Assembly (NCBI GenBank): GCA_016699265.1 | Contig: CP064967.1 | Location: 840,001 to 872,000, forward strand | Reading direction: 5' to 3' | Length of the DNA: 32,000 nucleotides | DNA from: Candidatus Saccharimonadota bacterium | GTDB lineage: Bacteria; Patescibacteriota; Microgenomatia; UBA1406; GWC2-37-13 | Translations under genes and position numbers: made by a program | Part shown: piece by piece, positions 16,192-25,035 of the stretch | How the letters are laid out: each line of letters begins with the position of its first letter | Position numbering within the stretch: the first letter of the stretch is position 1 | The notes under the pieces: generated by a model | What the model was told of the DNA's origin: nothing | What the model saw: the letters and a program-made list of their open reading frames with translations, nothing else | Databases searched by the model: none

Positions 16192-17073
16192 TTATATCAG
16201 TGTGCTGTCAACAGGCAGATCGTCTTCCTGAGCACCTTCAATAATAGAAGTGGTTGGAGGGACGCTCTTCTTTACCCCAAAGATCTTTATGTAGCCAACT
16301 ACTATGCCCGTACTTACGAGAATTAGCGAGGCTATCCCAATCCAAAGTATTCTCATATTATCTGGTGAAGTTGTTTTAGATGGGATCTGGGACGTTACTT
16401 GAGTCGGCACCTTTGAGGGAACTGCAGTCGTCCTGATGGCCTGATCATCAGTCTCGATCAGAATGGGGGTCGGGGTATTCGTAATAATTCGTTTTTTGGA
16501 TACTCTTGGAGTCGGTATAATTTTTTTTGTAGGCGTTGCCTTCGGCGTCGTTATGGGAGTTGTCAATGATGGACACCATGTGGATGATGCGCCGTTGTCT
16601 AAAAAATCTTTGATAGCGTCATTGTAAAAATCGCTACTAATCCAGTTATCGGTAGATTGCTCCCCGACGATCTGGACAGTGCCGCAAAAGAGCGTGAATC
16701 TCTTAACCACTCCGTAACGGTTATTATTTCCTGATACAAATGCCCCACGAACAAATGGCCCGCCCGACAAACAAGTACCGGACTGAGGATTATCTGTCGC
16801 ATTGGACTCATCACTCGCACAGCTTAACGTTATTGTTCTATATAAATTACCAACACCGTTATACTGAACAGTCATTGTTTTTGCGGTATTGTCAGCTGTC
16901 CTCAAATAAAGACTGTACTCAAATTCTCCGGGGGTATCGGTACTTATTGCGAGCTGGTTCGAGGCGCTATATCCAACACCAACATTATATCGATCCAAGA
17001 CGGCCTGGCTTTGCTTGAAAAAAACGAATATTAGAATGAGAAATGAAATAGCTACACGTCGTAGATTGAGCAT
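16192..17073 (-). CDS. Secreted Cys-containing domain protein with a Thr/Pro-rich stalk and a C-terminal TM anchor
   Basis: ATG 17073 gives the signal peptide MLNLRRVAISFLILIFVFFKQSQA. A ~170-aa domain with 4-5 Cys follows, then TTPITTPKATPTKKIIPTP..., then the helix ILWIGIASLILVSTGIVVGYI. No family recognised. Confidence 0.65.
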   Translation of the reverse strand: MLNLRRVAISFLILIFVFFKQSQAVLDRYNVGVGYSASNQLAISTDTPGEFEYSLYLRTADNTAKTMTVQYNGVGNLYRTITLSCASDESNATDNPQSGTCLSGGPFVRGAFVSGNNNRYGVVKRFTLFCGTVQIVGEQSTDNWISSDFYNDAIKDFLDNGASSTWCPSLTTPITTPKATPTKKIIPTPRVSKKRIITNTPTPILIETDDQAIRTTAVPSKVPTQVTSQIPSKTTSPDNMRILWIGIASLILVSTGIVVGYIKIFGVKKSVPPTTSIIEGAQEDDLPVDSTLI

Positions 17074-17161
17074 ACAGAGATATATCCGATTATATCTGGT
17101 CACAGTTCTGAAGCACAAGTTGAGAGCCAAGTACATCTACACTTTATGTTTTTAGCTCGTA

Positions 17162-18302
17162 CTAAGATCTTTCTTCCTGAAAAATACCATCGAATTCATC
17201 TTTAATCTCTCCAACCAATTTTTCTACAATATCTTCTAAAGCAACTAACCCAGAAGTAGCACCATCTTCACCGACCACTACGGCAATATGGACTCTTTTA
17301 GCACGCAGCAATACCAGCACGTCATCTATCCTATCGACTTCTTTGACGCGCGGAATTGATCTAATTATCTTAATTTGAGCCAATGTCCTCTCCCCTGAGC
17401 CTTTAAAAACACGTCATGTATCTCTTTAGTTGAGGCTCCTTTTTATCCGAAATGAGGTGAGCATAGATGTCTTTTATATGAACGAATCCCACAATATTAT
17501 CCATCGTATTTTCATAGATAGGAAACCTACTATGCTGATAGCTTTGCGTTGTTTTCAGGATCTTGGCAATTGTTATCTTCTTTTCAAAAGCAATTATTTT
17601 CGATTTTGGAATCATAACCTTACTTACTGGCGTATCTCCTAGTTTTAATACGCTATAAACCATCTCAACTTCATTTTTTTCCAACGCTCCTTCTGCAACA
17701 CTTTGAGCAAGTATTATTTTTATTTCCTCCTCAGAATGTACGAGTTGTCTTCCTGATGGCGCAGAAAATCCGACCAGTCTTAAGACTAAATTACCAACTT
17801 CATTCAAAACCCAGATAAACGGTTTGAAAACTGTCGCAAATAATGTGAGCGGAGCAATGATGAATAGCGATGTAGTTTCTGCTTTTTTTAGCGCTATCGT
17901 TTTTGGCGCCAGCTCTCCAAGAACGATATGTAAAAATGTTATTATCGTGAATGCAATTACAAAGGCAACGCTATGTGAGGTTATGACCGCAGCTCCCTGA
18001 GGCAATATATTATGAAGAGCCGGCTCTATAAATCGGGCAATGGCCGGTTCACCTATCCACCCGAGCGCAAGGGAAGCAAGAGTAATTCCTAGCTGCGTAG
18101 CGGAAATAAACGTATCGAGTTGGGCAATCGATTTTTGTACTAATTTAGCAGGTTTGTTACCCTTTTTTACCAATACATCAATTCGCGTTTTTCTTACCGC
18201 AACTAACGCAAATTCTGAAGCAACAAAAAAACCATTCAGAAAAACAAGGAGTAAGACTAGTCCAAATTGAAAAATGAATTCCACGCATGATAATTCTAAC
18301 AC
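17162..18302 (-). pseudogene. CNNM/HlyC-type DUF21-CBS-CBS membrane protein, split by a 1-nt frameshift (ORFs 17403..18302 and 17162..17383)
   Basis: The 299-aa ORF holds the DUF21 TM domain and the first CBS motif. The 73-aa ORF holds the second CBS (VHIAVVVGEDGATSGLVALEDIVEKLVGEI). Removing one base from the A5 run at 17405-17409 fuses them as ...MTCFKGSGERTLAQIKII... No CorC_HlyC C-terminal domain follows. Confidence 0.7.
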
Positions 18303-18439
18303 AATCTGAGGCTAAAAAAACGGTTCTCCTCCATAATTTAGTATTTAGAAAAATGATCTTGAAAAGAACTGTACACAATAGTTATTAAATCGAGTAACCT
18401 GCACTAATCATAATATTCTGCCCAGTTATCATCCTCGAC

Positions 18440-18457
18440 TTTTAGCTTTGATATAAT
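18440..18457 (+). promoter_or_regulatory. Conserved promoter motif TTTTAGCTTTGATATAAT (extended -10), ending 8 nt before the ATG at 18466
   Basis: TGaTATAAT is an extended -10 element. The 16-nt stretch TTTTAGCTTTGATATA is identical to the copy at 24799-24814 on the minus strand and differs at one position from the copy at 20641-20658. Confidence 0.5.
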
Positions 18458-18465
18458 AACTTCAT

Positions 18466-19290
18466 ATGAAATTCGTGATAGTTAATGACATTCATAATGG
18501 TCCTTCCGATAGTGGATTTCATAAAGGCATTCAGCGCAAACTAACATTCATGGCAGAGGGCCTCGTACAAAAATTTGTGGAGACAATGAATTCTGATGAG
18601 AAACCAGAATTCGTTGTAAATCTGGGAGACTTCATTGAAGATGTTAACAACCGAGAAGTAGACATGCGGTATTTTCGTGAAACCGTAGAGCTACTGCTGC
18701 CTCTACGAATGCCTGTTTATTCCCTCATAGGAAACCATGATGTTAGAACCTTAACTGATGACGACATGAAGAAAATCTTGAACTACGATCAACTGTACTA
18801 CAGCTTTGATCATGGAGGATTTCATTTTATCGCGCTAAGCTTTACCATGACTGGGAATCATAAAATAGATCTTGACGATATAAAAGCAGAGGTTCTTTCC
18901 GACCAACTTAAGTGGTTACACAACGATCTTTCATCAACGACAAAACCAACCATCGTATTCATTCACTATGGTCTTGCCGATGATGACCTTATAGGTAACT
19001 TTTGGTTCGAATCTAAGCCAGAGTATGGACTACTTCATAATCGTGCAGACGTAAGAAAAATTCTTGAAGCGTCGGGAAAAGTTAAGGCAGTTATTTCTGG
19101 GCACCAACACTGGAATCGAATGAAAGTTCATAATGGAATTCCATATTTTGTGGTCACTTCACTTGTAGAGAATTTTAGAAACGACGGGACACCGACCGAA
19201 GCACACACCGTGGTTACTCTCGATGAGAAAGGAATAGAAATAGACGTAAAAGGTAACGATCCTACGAAATTTCATTTTGAGTTCGAATAG
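18466..19290 (+). CDS. Calcineurin-like metallophosphoesterase
   Basis: Motifs DIHNG, GDFIED, GNHD, IHYGL and GHQH appear in the canonical order. Confidence 0.85.
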   Translation: MKFVIVNDIHNGPSDSGFHKGIQRKLTFMAEGLVQKFVETMNSDEKPEFVVNLGDFIEDVNNREVDMRYFRETVELLLPLRMPVYSLIGNHDVRTLTDDDMKKILNYDQLYYSFDHGGFHFIALSFTMTGNHKIDLDDIKAEVLSDQLKWLHNDLSSTTKPTIVFIHYGLADDDLIGNFWFESKPEYGLLHNRADVRKILEASGKVKAVISGHQHWNRMKVHNGIPYFVVTSLVENFRNDGTPTEAHTVVTLDEKGIEIDVKGNDPTKFHFEFE

Positions 19291-19321
19291 CGAATACACT
19301 CACCACTATATTCGATCTTTA

Positions 19322-19996
19322 TTACTTTTTTACGGTGAGCTTTGTGAAGGCTGATGGACTAAATCCCTTAAATGTGAGCCAGAGCCCAAGTGAAAATTCA
19401 AACAACGCAACGGGAACAGCGGACAATGCCGCAAGTGGAGCTAGTCTTCCTACAAAACCAAACATCACCGCAAAATAACCTACAAGAAGTATCGGCCCTC
19501 CCACAATACCGATAAGTGAAAGAGCACGTGGCACAAGACGAGATTTGTAGAGAAGAAATCCCAGAAGAACATCACAAATTGCTGGCATGAAGCTTTGCCC
19601 CAATAAGAAGATCCGATTGTAGAGTGCGACGAGTGTGTTACTTATTGCAAGTGCGCCAGAACCTACTCCATCTTGTCGAAGCGTAACAAGTGACAAAATA
19701 AATGCAACGCCTACAAAGGTGGTTGCCGATTCCAAAATCCTTGCAGCTACCAAGCCAAGCGCAAGTTCTTCTCTTTGTTTCTTGAGAATTGGGAAAAGGG
19801 TTACAGCAGTAGCTATACCAGCAAGTGCGACTATAATCTCGAGAATTCCACCGAATATGATGGAGGTGTCTGGACCAGCACTCAGAATATAGCTCGTTTC
19901 CTTGACCTGACCGTAAATAGCGATTGTTGGGATTGAGACAAAGGTGAGTAAATACAGTAATCCTGCAGTTAACGAAGTTCTCCTGGATGAAGTCAT
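19322..19996 (-). CDS. DUF4386-like polytopic membrane protein
   Basis: 224 aa. N-terminus TSLTAGLLYLLTFVSIPTIAIYG followed by about 6 helices. The family name comes from memory of similar sequences. Confidence 0.6.
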   Translation of the reverse strand: MTSSRRTSLTAGLLYLLTFVSIPTIAIYGQVKETSYILSAGPDTSIIFGGILEIIVALAGIATAVTLFPILKKQREELALGLVAARILESATTFVGVAFILSLVTLRQDGVGSGALAISNTLVALYNRIFLLGQSFMPAICDVLLGFLLYKSRLVPRALSLIGIVGGPILLVGYFAVMFGFVGRLAPLAALSAVPVALFEFSLGLWLTFKGFSPSAFTKLTVKK

Positions 19997-20061
19997 GAGC
20001 CAACTATACGGAGTCCCACCTTAAATAGATACTCGAGATTTTAAACCGTCACCTCAACGCG

Positions 20062-20634
20062 CTAAACCTTAAGAGCACCTCGAAAACCTCTACTTCCATA
20101 ATAGGAGTCTGCTCCATTATGAAACACGAAGACGTGGTTGTATCTTCGATCAGCAAAAATCGCCCCACCCAGTTTTCTGATCTCTGAAGGAGTTTGTAGC
20201 CAACTGGAGGTCTTTACATCGAACTCTCCCAACTCCTGCAACTCACGGTATTCGTTCTCGGTGAGGAGTCCGATACCCATTGCCCGCGCAAAATCTTCCG
20301 CGCTATCTTTTGGTTTATATTCTTTCCGCTCTTCAAGCGCTTTACGGTCATAACAAAGACTTCGTCGGCCCTTCGGGCTTTCTGCTGAGCAGTCACAGAA
20401 AATATATTCACCCGTATTCTTATCATGACCTACAACATCTGGCTCCCCACCCGTACTCTCCATTTCATTGAGAGACCATAACTTCTCAGGATTCGACTCC
20501 AACCTCTCAAGGACTTTACCCCAGACTACCTCCTCATGCCTCTTCATATTTTTCTCAAATCGAGTTTTCAAACTATTCGAAAAGATTCTCCCGGTCTCTT
20601 CTATACGTAGATCCTTGTTGGAGCTATTACTCAT
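20062..20634 (-). CDS. DUF4256-like protein
   Basis: 190 aa. The segments NPEKLWSLNEMESTGGEPDVVG, CSAESPKGRRSLCYD and RKLGGAIFADRRYNHVFVFHNGADSYY match my recollection of DUF4256 proteins. Confidence 0.65.
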   Translation of the reverse strand: MSNSSNKDLRIEETGRIFSNSLKTRFEKNMKRHEEVVWGKVLERLESNPEKLWSLNEMESTGGEPDVVGHDKNTGEYIFCDCSAESPKGRRSLCYDRKALEERKEYKPKDSAEDFARAMGIGLLTENEYRELQELGEFDVKTSSWLQTPSEIRKLGGAIFADRRYNHVFVFHNGADSYYGSRGFRGALKV

Positions 20635-20640
20635 GCAGAA

Positions 20641-20658
20641 AGTATATCAAACCTAAAA
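20641..20658 (-). promoter_or_regulatory. Conserved promoter motif TTTTAGGTTTGATATACT, ending 6 nt before the ATG at 20634
   Basis: Minus strand reads tcgaacTTTTAGGTTTGATATACTttctgcATG. Confidence 0.5.
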
Positions 20659-20690
20659 GTTCGAAGGAGTTCGCACAGTCTCAGACTAAA

Positions 20691-21221
20691 CTACCTACTC
20701 CTATAGTTTGGTCCATCTCCGCGACCATTTTGCATATATTTGGGTACTCTGAATTCAGAGTTTTGGCCTTCAATATGCTGATAGAAGCGCATCATCGGTC
20801 CTTGTCGAGACCATGCGTCATTAAGTCCCAAAGAGTCTAAAATAAAAGCGGCAAGAACTACTGAAAGAATGAACCAAAGAATTATGAACCAAAAGTTCTT
20901 TTTATACGAAAAGTCATACTTTCTAAGCATTGCTATCCCAAGCACTATACCAACCACTGCCAGTATCGGTACCCACAAAGGGAAACTATCCAGCATCGTC
21001 TGTAGACGCCATTGTCCCATCGGCCCGTGCTTACGAAGCGAGAAAAGCATGAGATTGGTTGAAAAAATAGCTCCGGTACTTAAACCTACTAAGCCCAATA
21101 TCATAAGAAGGGACCCTGACACGAAGTACCAACGCGGCTTCATTGAAATCTCATTAGACTTCACTTTCGCCATTATGGTCTTTTCAAAATCTATTAGTGT
21201 TTTTTTTGTTGTTTTTGACAT
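20691..21221 (-). CDS. Four-TM membrane protein immediately downstream of the ECF sigma factor (candidate anti-sigma or partner protein)
   Basis: 176 aa. It overlaps the sigma gene stop codon by 28 nt; an alternative ATG lies at 21173. Short cytoplasmic N-terminus, then hydrophobic helices. The function is inferred from position only. Confidence 0.5.
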   Translation of the reverse strand: MSKTTKKTLIDFEKTIMAKVKSNEISMKPRWYFVSGSLLMILGLVGLSTGAIFSTNLMLFSLRKHGPMGQWRLQTMLDSFPLWVPILAVVGIVLGIAMLRKYDFSYKKNFWFIILWFILSVVLAAFILDSLGLNDAWSRQGPMMRFYQHIEGQNSEFRVPKYMQNGRGDGPNYRSR

Positions 21222-21748
21222 AATTTTTTCATAAGCACTTTGGCGCGGTTAACTCGTGTTCCGACCGTGCCAACTGGTATTCGTAATATATCGCCAATTT
21301 CTTCATAGGACTTATCTTCTAAATAATAAAGCGATAATGGCTCTTTATATATTATCGGCATTTGTTCAAGACACCGATGCGTATTACTAACTAATTCCTT
21401 TTTAACGACTTCATCCTCCAAATCGAATCCACTATCAAGATCTATTCTATCGTCCATGGGTCGTTGTTTCTTACGTTTGTTTAGTGCATTCATAGCCTCG
21501 TTGTGAACTATACGATATACCCAACTGGAAAATTTCTTCTTAGTATCAAACCTGTTAAGATTAATGTAAGTTTTGATAAGGCTTTCCTGCACAACATCTG
21601 CTCCCATATTCTCATCTCCCATTATGTAACGCGCATATCTCATAAGTTTAGTCTGATACCGTTTAATAATCTCAGCATAAGCTTCCTTGTCCTTGGTACG
21701 GACAATTACAATCACGTCTTCATCTGATAATTTGGATGTATCGCTCAT
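21194..21748 (-). CDS. ECF-type sigma-70 family RNA polymerase sigma factor
   Basis: Region 2 (YQTKLMRYARYIMGDENMGADVVQESLIKTYINLNRF...SWVYRIVHNEAMN) and region 4 (LYYLEDKSYEEIGDILRIPVGTVGTRVNRAK). The start is uncertain, at ATG 21748 or 21781. The ORF-track start at 21880 is unlikely. Confidence 0.85.
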   Translation of the reverse strand: MSDTSKLSDEDVIVIVRTKDKEAYAEIIKRYQTKLMRYARYIMGDENMGADVVQESLIKTYINLNRFDTKKKFSSWVYRIVHNEAMNALNKRKKQRPMDDRIDLDSGFDLEDEVVKKELVSNTHRCLEQMPIIYKEPLSLYYLEDKSYEEIGDILRIPVGTVGTRVNRAKVLMKKLCQKQQKKH

Positions 21749-21858
21749 AACTATTTGATTTTGAACAGCATAGTGGCGCATATGTTTACGCCGCTGCAAA
21801 GTGCTGAAACCCCACTCATAGTATACAAGTGAGGAATCAGCTATTTGTACAAATATGA

Positions 21859-22233
21859 CTAACGACTCCTTCTGTCGCAACCCGTTCCTTGACCTTTTCC
21901 TGTTCCATTGTGCAAACCGAGCCCAAGTTCAGCTCTTATTTTATTTGACTCATCAGTTTTCCCCTGCTCTGCCAGTTCGTGAGCTTCGGCAAACTTTGCG
22001 AAATTTTGAGCATTTACAACCTGTGTTGCTCTGCCTCGTCCAGCCATAAGTGTTTTCCAAGCATTGAAGTCTTTATTTTCAAATGCTTTTTCCATAGCTG
22101 TGTGGCGCTCCTCAGTATATAAAGGTCCTTTAACTGCCGGGTCGCCTCTATAGGCAATTGCTGCCTGTGGCGCTAATACGGCCCCACCGATGACAAGCGC
22201 TGTTAATCCTAATATTATTGATCTTTTATTCAT
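21859..22233 (-). CDS. Small secreted helical protein, function unknown
   Basis: Signal peptide MNKRSIILGLTALVIGGAVLAPQAAIA. A good Shine-Dalgarno sequence (AAGGGGGTG) lies 7 nt upstream. It is the first gene of the sigma-factor cluster. Confidence 0.7.
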   Translation of the reverse strand: MNKRSIILGLTALVIGGAVLAPQAAIAYRGDPAVKGPLYTEERHTAMEKAFENKDFNAWKTLMAGRGRATQVVNAQNFAKFAEAHELAEQGKTDESNKIRAELGLGLHNGTGKGQGTGCDRRSR

Positions 22234-22530
22234 ATTTTCTCACCCCCTTAAGTTCTTAACTACTATTCATATGTATTACAGCGGGAGGGCAGATTTTCTT
22301 TCAAGCAAATTTCCTGAGTTTTTTCATTACTATTCAAGATCGACGGAAAGAACAAAAGCAGAAAGTATATCCTTCGGCTATGCTCAGGACAAGTCAAGAG
22401 GAGTATTCGTCAAGAAACTCACTGGCAACATCATTCGCTTCCTAGATAATCTCCTCGGTTGTCGACTCGACTTTGGTTTCGCAAGAAAAACAATTGAGAT
22501 TTTGTGCAGGACTTCAGACTGTCTGAAGCA

Positions 22531-23805
22531 TTATTTTACAACTCTAAAGAAGCTTGTGTTTGAAGCTCTCGTTACTTGAAGCGTGTTCGACCAGTTCCCA
22601 GGTTGACAACCATTCCCTCCACGGATCTTAAAGTAATAAGTAGTGCCAGGATCTAAATCATGGATTGGGTACGTGATAGCTCCGCTTGAATATCCACTAG
22701 AAAAACTCACACCATACCTTTCATCAAAGACCGAAAGTCCGTACGCAATAAAGTAGTAATTATTTGATCCTCCAACTGGTGTAAAGTGCAAGGTAGCGTC
22801 AGCTCCAGTTCTATCAATTTGAAAGAGATCTGGAGAATTGGTAGGCGTTACATCGCTACATGTAGGAGTTGCAGTAGTATTTGTGACGACCGCTCCTTGA
22901 GATGTGGGATTTGTAGCTACGGTGACGATTGGTATTGGCCGCCAATTCGGTTGCCCACTATCATATACATGATTCGTAAGTCTCGTCTGTGCCGAACCAT
23001 CTGCATTCATTTTATATATCTCATTATTCACATGTCTCGATGTAGCAAAAATAAACAAGGTTCCGTCCGGCGACCAAGCCGGATCAAACTCATTAGATGC
23101 AACCTGAGTAATATTCACCAGACTGGATCCGTCTGCATTCATCGTATAAATTTCGTTATTTCCACCATCACGGTCCGTACGAAATGCTATTTTTGTACCA
23201 TCGGGTGACCAATCAGGCTGTTGATCGATCGCTGAATTATTAGTAAGTCTAATCAAGCCGGTACCATCTGCATTCATTGTGTATATTTCGCCATTACCAT
23301 CTCTGTACGTTCTGAATGCTATTTTTGTACCAGAAGGAGAAACTGATGGGTCTTGGTCGACTGCCGAATTATTCGTAATATTGGTTTGGTTCGATCCATC
23401 GATATTCATACTATATATTTCGTAATTACCATCGCGGTTTGAGACGAAATAAATCTTGTTTCCGTCTGCCGACCATGTAGGATCGAAGTCTGTACTTGAA
23501 TTGTTAGTTAACCGCGTCTGATTCGATCCATCAGCGCTCATACTATATATTTCGTAATTACCATCACGGATTGTGTAAAAGACGATCTTTGTTCCGTCTG
23601 CCGACCATACAGGTTTTAGGTCGTTACCTACCGCTGATGTGAGCTGTACCACATTCGTTCCATCAGCAGCCATGGTATATATATCGTATGTGCCGGATGG
23701 TCTAGAAACAAAAACGATTGAGCCATTTGTTCCTGGAAAAGAAGCATTAACCGGATTAATTAATGAGGCTAAAGGCGTAACGAAAGCTACTATAACAATC
23801 CACAA
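22531..23805 (-). CDS. TolB-like PD40/WD40 beta-propeller repeat protein with a C-terminal FN3-like domain
   Basis: There are at least 6 repeats of the type DIYTMNADGS..RLTNN...D..P.WSPDGTKIAF, followed by a beta-rich C-terminal domain. The TTG start at 23805 has no ribosome-binding site. An SD-ATG at 23825 is 1 nt out of frame (see findings). Confidence 0.8.
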   Translation of the reverse strand: MWIVIVAFVTPLASLINPVNASFPGTNGSIVFVSRPSGTYDIYTMAADGTNVVQLTSAVGNDLKPVWSADGTKIVFYTIRDGNYEIYSMSADGSNQTRLTNNSSTDFDPTWSADGNKIYFVSNRDGNYEIYSMNIDGSNQTNITNNSAVDQDPSVSPSGTKIAFRTYRDGNGEIYTMNADGTGLIRLTNNSAIDQQPDWSPDGTKIAFRTDRDGGNNEIYTMNADGSSLVNITQVASNEFDPAWSPDGTLFIFATSRHVNNEIYKMNADGSAQTRLTNHVYDSGQPNWRPIPIVTVATNPTSQGAVVTNTTATPTCSDVTPTNSPDLFQIDRTGADATLHFTPVGGSNNYYFIAYGLSVFDERYGVSFSSGYSSGAITYPIHDLDPGTTYYFKIRGGNGCQPGNWSNTLQVTRASNTSFFRVVK

Positions 23806-24039
23806 AAAAACACGTGAAATAGCATCTTTAAACCTCCCTTTTAGTATATATACTTTATAATTTTAGAGATATAAGTCAACTCGAATTTCAACTTTTGTCA
23901 ATTTTTTAGCGCTTTGTGTAGGCCTAAACCGAATAGTGCATCTTTCTGCATCAGCGATAATTATCTCTGTAAAAAGTCGTGTTAAATAGTACAAAAAACA
24001 ACTCTTTTTTTCGTGGTTATCGGGGTATAAAAAGGCACC

Positions 24040-24492
24040 TCATTTAGTTTTCACCACTTGCTTAGCAACCCAAAGAAGATATGGTGCCGAGCCCATCATG
24101 GTGATATGGAATCCATACTCGATATACAGAAGACTTTGCAAGTTCATACCAATATGCATGTGTAGCGAATCATGCATCCACCAATTTCCAAGAATCCAAA
24201 GCAAACATACAAAAGCAGTTCGTGTTTGTTTTAACGTAAGCGAAGATAAAGCTTTTTTTGGAAAATAAAACAATAGTAAAACTAAAGTCAGGGCGAATGT
24301 TACTGACTCAACAATGTTAAGAAGTATGAAAAAAGGCAGCTGTAGATTTGTCGGATTAGGTGCCATGCTATTCGGTCGCCAAAAGAATCCGAGTGGACCA
24401 TGCGGATTCGAGGTAAAAGCAAGAACCGCTATGACTACTCCGACAACAAGCTTCACACTCTTGTTCATATATCGAAGTATACACTTCCTCAT
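24040..24492 (-). CDS. Hypothetical polytopic membrane protein
   Basis: 150 aa, or 142 aa from ATG 24468. Four hydrophobic helices and a His-rich loop (WWMHDSLHMHIG). No family recognised. Confidence 0.55.
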   Translation of the reverse strand: MRKCILRYMNKSVKLVVGVVIAVLAFTSNPHGPLGFFWRPNSMAPNPTNLQLPFFILLNIVESVTFALTLVLLLFYFPKKALSSLTLKQTRTAFVCLLWILGNWWMHDSLHMHIGMNLQSLLYIEYGFHITMMGSAPYLLWVAKQVVKTK

Positions 24493-24503
24493 TAAAACTT
24501 CAA

Positions 24504-24517
24504 TTGCTCCCCCGCGT
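24504..24517. repeat. Distal copy of the tRNA-Asn 3'-end sequence (ttgctcccccgcgt)
   Basis: 14/14 identity with 27060-27073 and 12/12 identity (gctcccccgcgt) with 27443-27454 inside the tRNA gene. It sits exactly in the gap between two genes. Confidence 0.7.
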
Positions 24518-24520
24518 AAA

Positions 24521-24790
24521 TTACCTTTTGTAGATGTATCGCTCCCACATTTTTCTAAAAACTAGGAGTGTGAGCGTTGAGAGTAAAAAACCAACCGTTG
24601 GAACAATCGCATTAATCCACGGGTCAATTCCAACAATGAATTTTAAATAAAGAGCTATCGCAAGGTATGTAAAAACAGAAATGAGTAATTTCCGAGTCCA
24701 GCTTGTTTCCCATGCTTTATCCAGTTCAACCTTACTATTTCTAGCTTCAATTTTTCCTACCCTTTCCTCAAGATTTTTTATCTTATCCAT
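24521..24790 (-). CDS. Small protein with an N-terminal coiled-coil segment and two TM helices
   Basis: 89 aa, MDKIKNLEERVGKIEARNSKVELDKAWE followed by two hydrophobic helices. It is preceded by the conserved promoter motif. Confidence 0.6.
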   Translation of the reverse strand: MDKIKNLEERVGKIEARNSKVELDKAWETSWTRKLLISVFTYLAIALYLKFIVGIDPWINAIVPTVGFLLSTLTLLVFRKMWERYIYKR

Positions 24791-24796
24791 GTAATA

Positions 24797-24814
24797 AGTA
24801 TATCAAAGCTAAAA
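24797..24814 (-). promoter_or_regulatory. Conserved promoter motif TTTTAGCTTTGATATACT, ending 6 nt before the ATG at 24790
   Basis: Minus strand reads tcggaaTTTTAGCTTTGATATACTtattacATG. Confidence 0.5.
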
Positions 24815-25035
24815 TTCCGAAGATTGAAAATGGTGATCATAGTCGAACCAAAACAGTAGAAATGCTCCCCCAGGTTGAAGCATTCAGGAACCACAAAATC
24901 GAATTTAACATCTCGTTAATAGACATAGAGTCTCTTTGCTCATTTTATCATTTGCATACAAATAATCTTTGACCACATAAAAAACTTGTGATAGACACTT
25001 TATGCAAATTCAAAGAATATGTTAAGCTTACCTAT

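Noticed and set aside
22512-22528. Perfect palindrome cttcagac-t-gtctgaag just after the TolB-like stop codon, considered as an intrinsic terminator
   Set aside because: The stem is real (8+8 nt). However, the central loop is only 1-3 nt, and on the minus strand it is followed by tcctgcacaaaatc rather than a U-tract, so I cannot support a rho-independent terminator call.
22190-22579. 129-aa plus-strand ORF spanning the spacer between the TolB-like gene and the sigma cluster
   Set aside because: It overlaps the ends of two well-supported minus-strand genes, has no ribosome-binding site or promoter context, and has a low-complexity composition with no recognisable family. It is probably spurious.
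24868-24885. Fourth, degenerate copy of the tRNA 3'-end repeat (aatgctcccccaggttg), with a nearby tcgaacc resembling a T-arm
   Set aside because: Only 9 nt (tgctccccc) match. The order of the T-arm-like and acceptor-like pieces is the reverse of that in the tRNA gene. The similarity is too weak to separate from chance.
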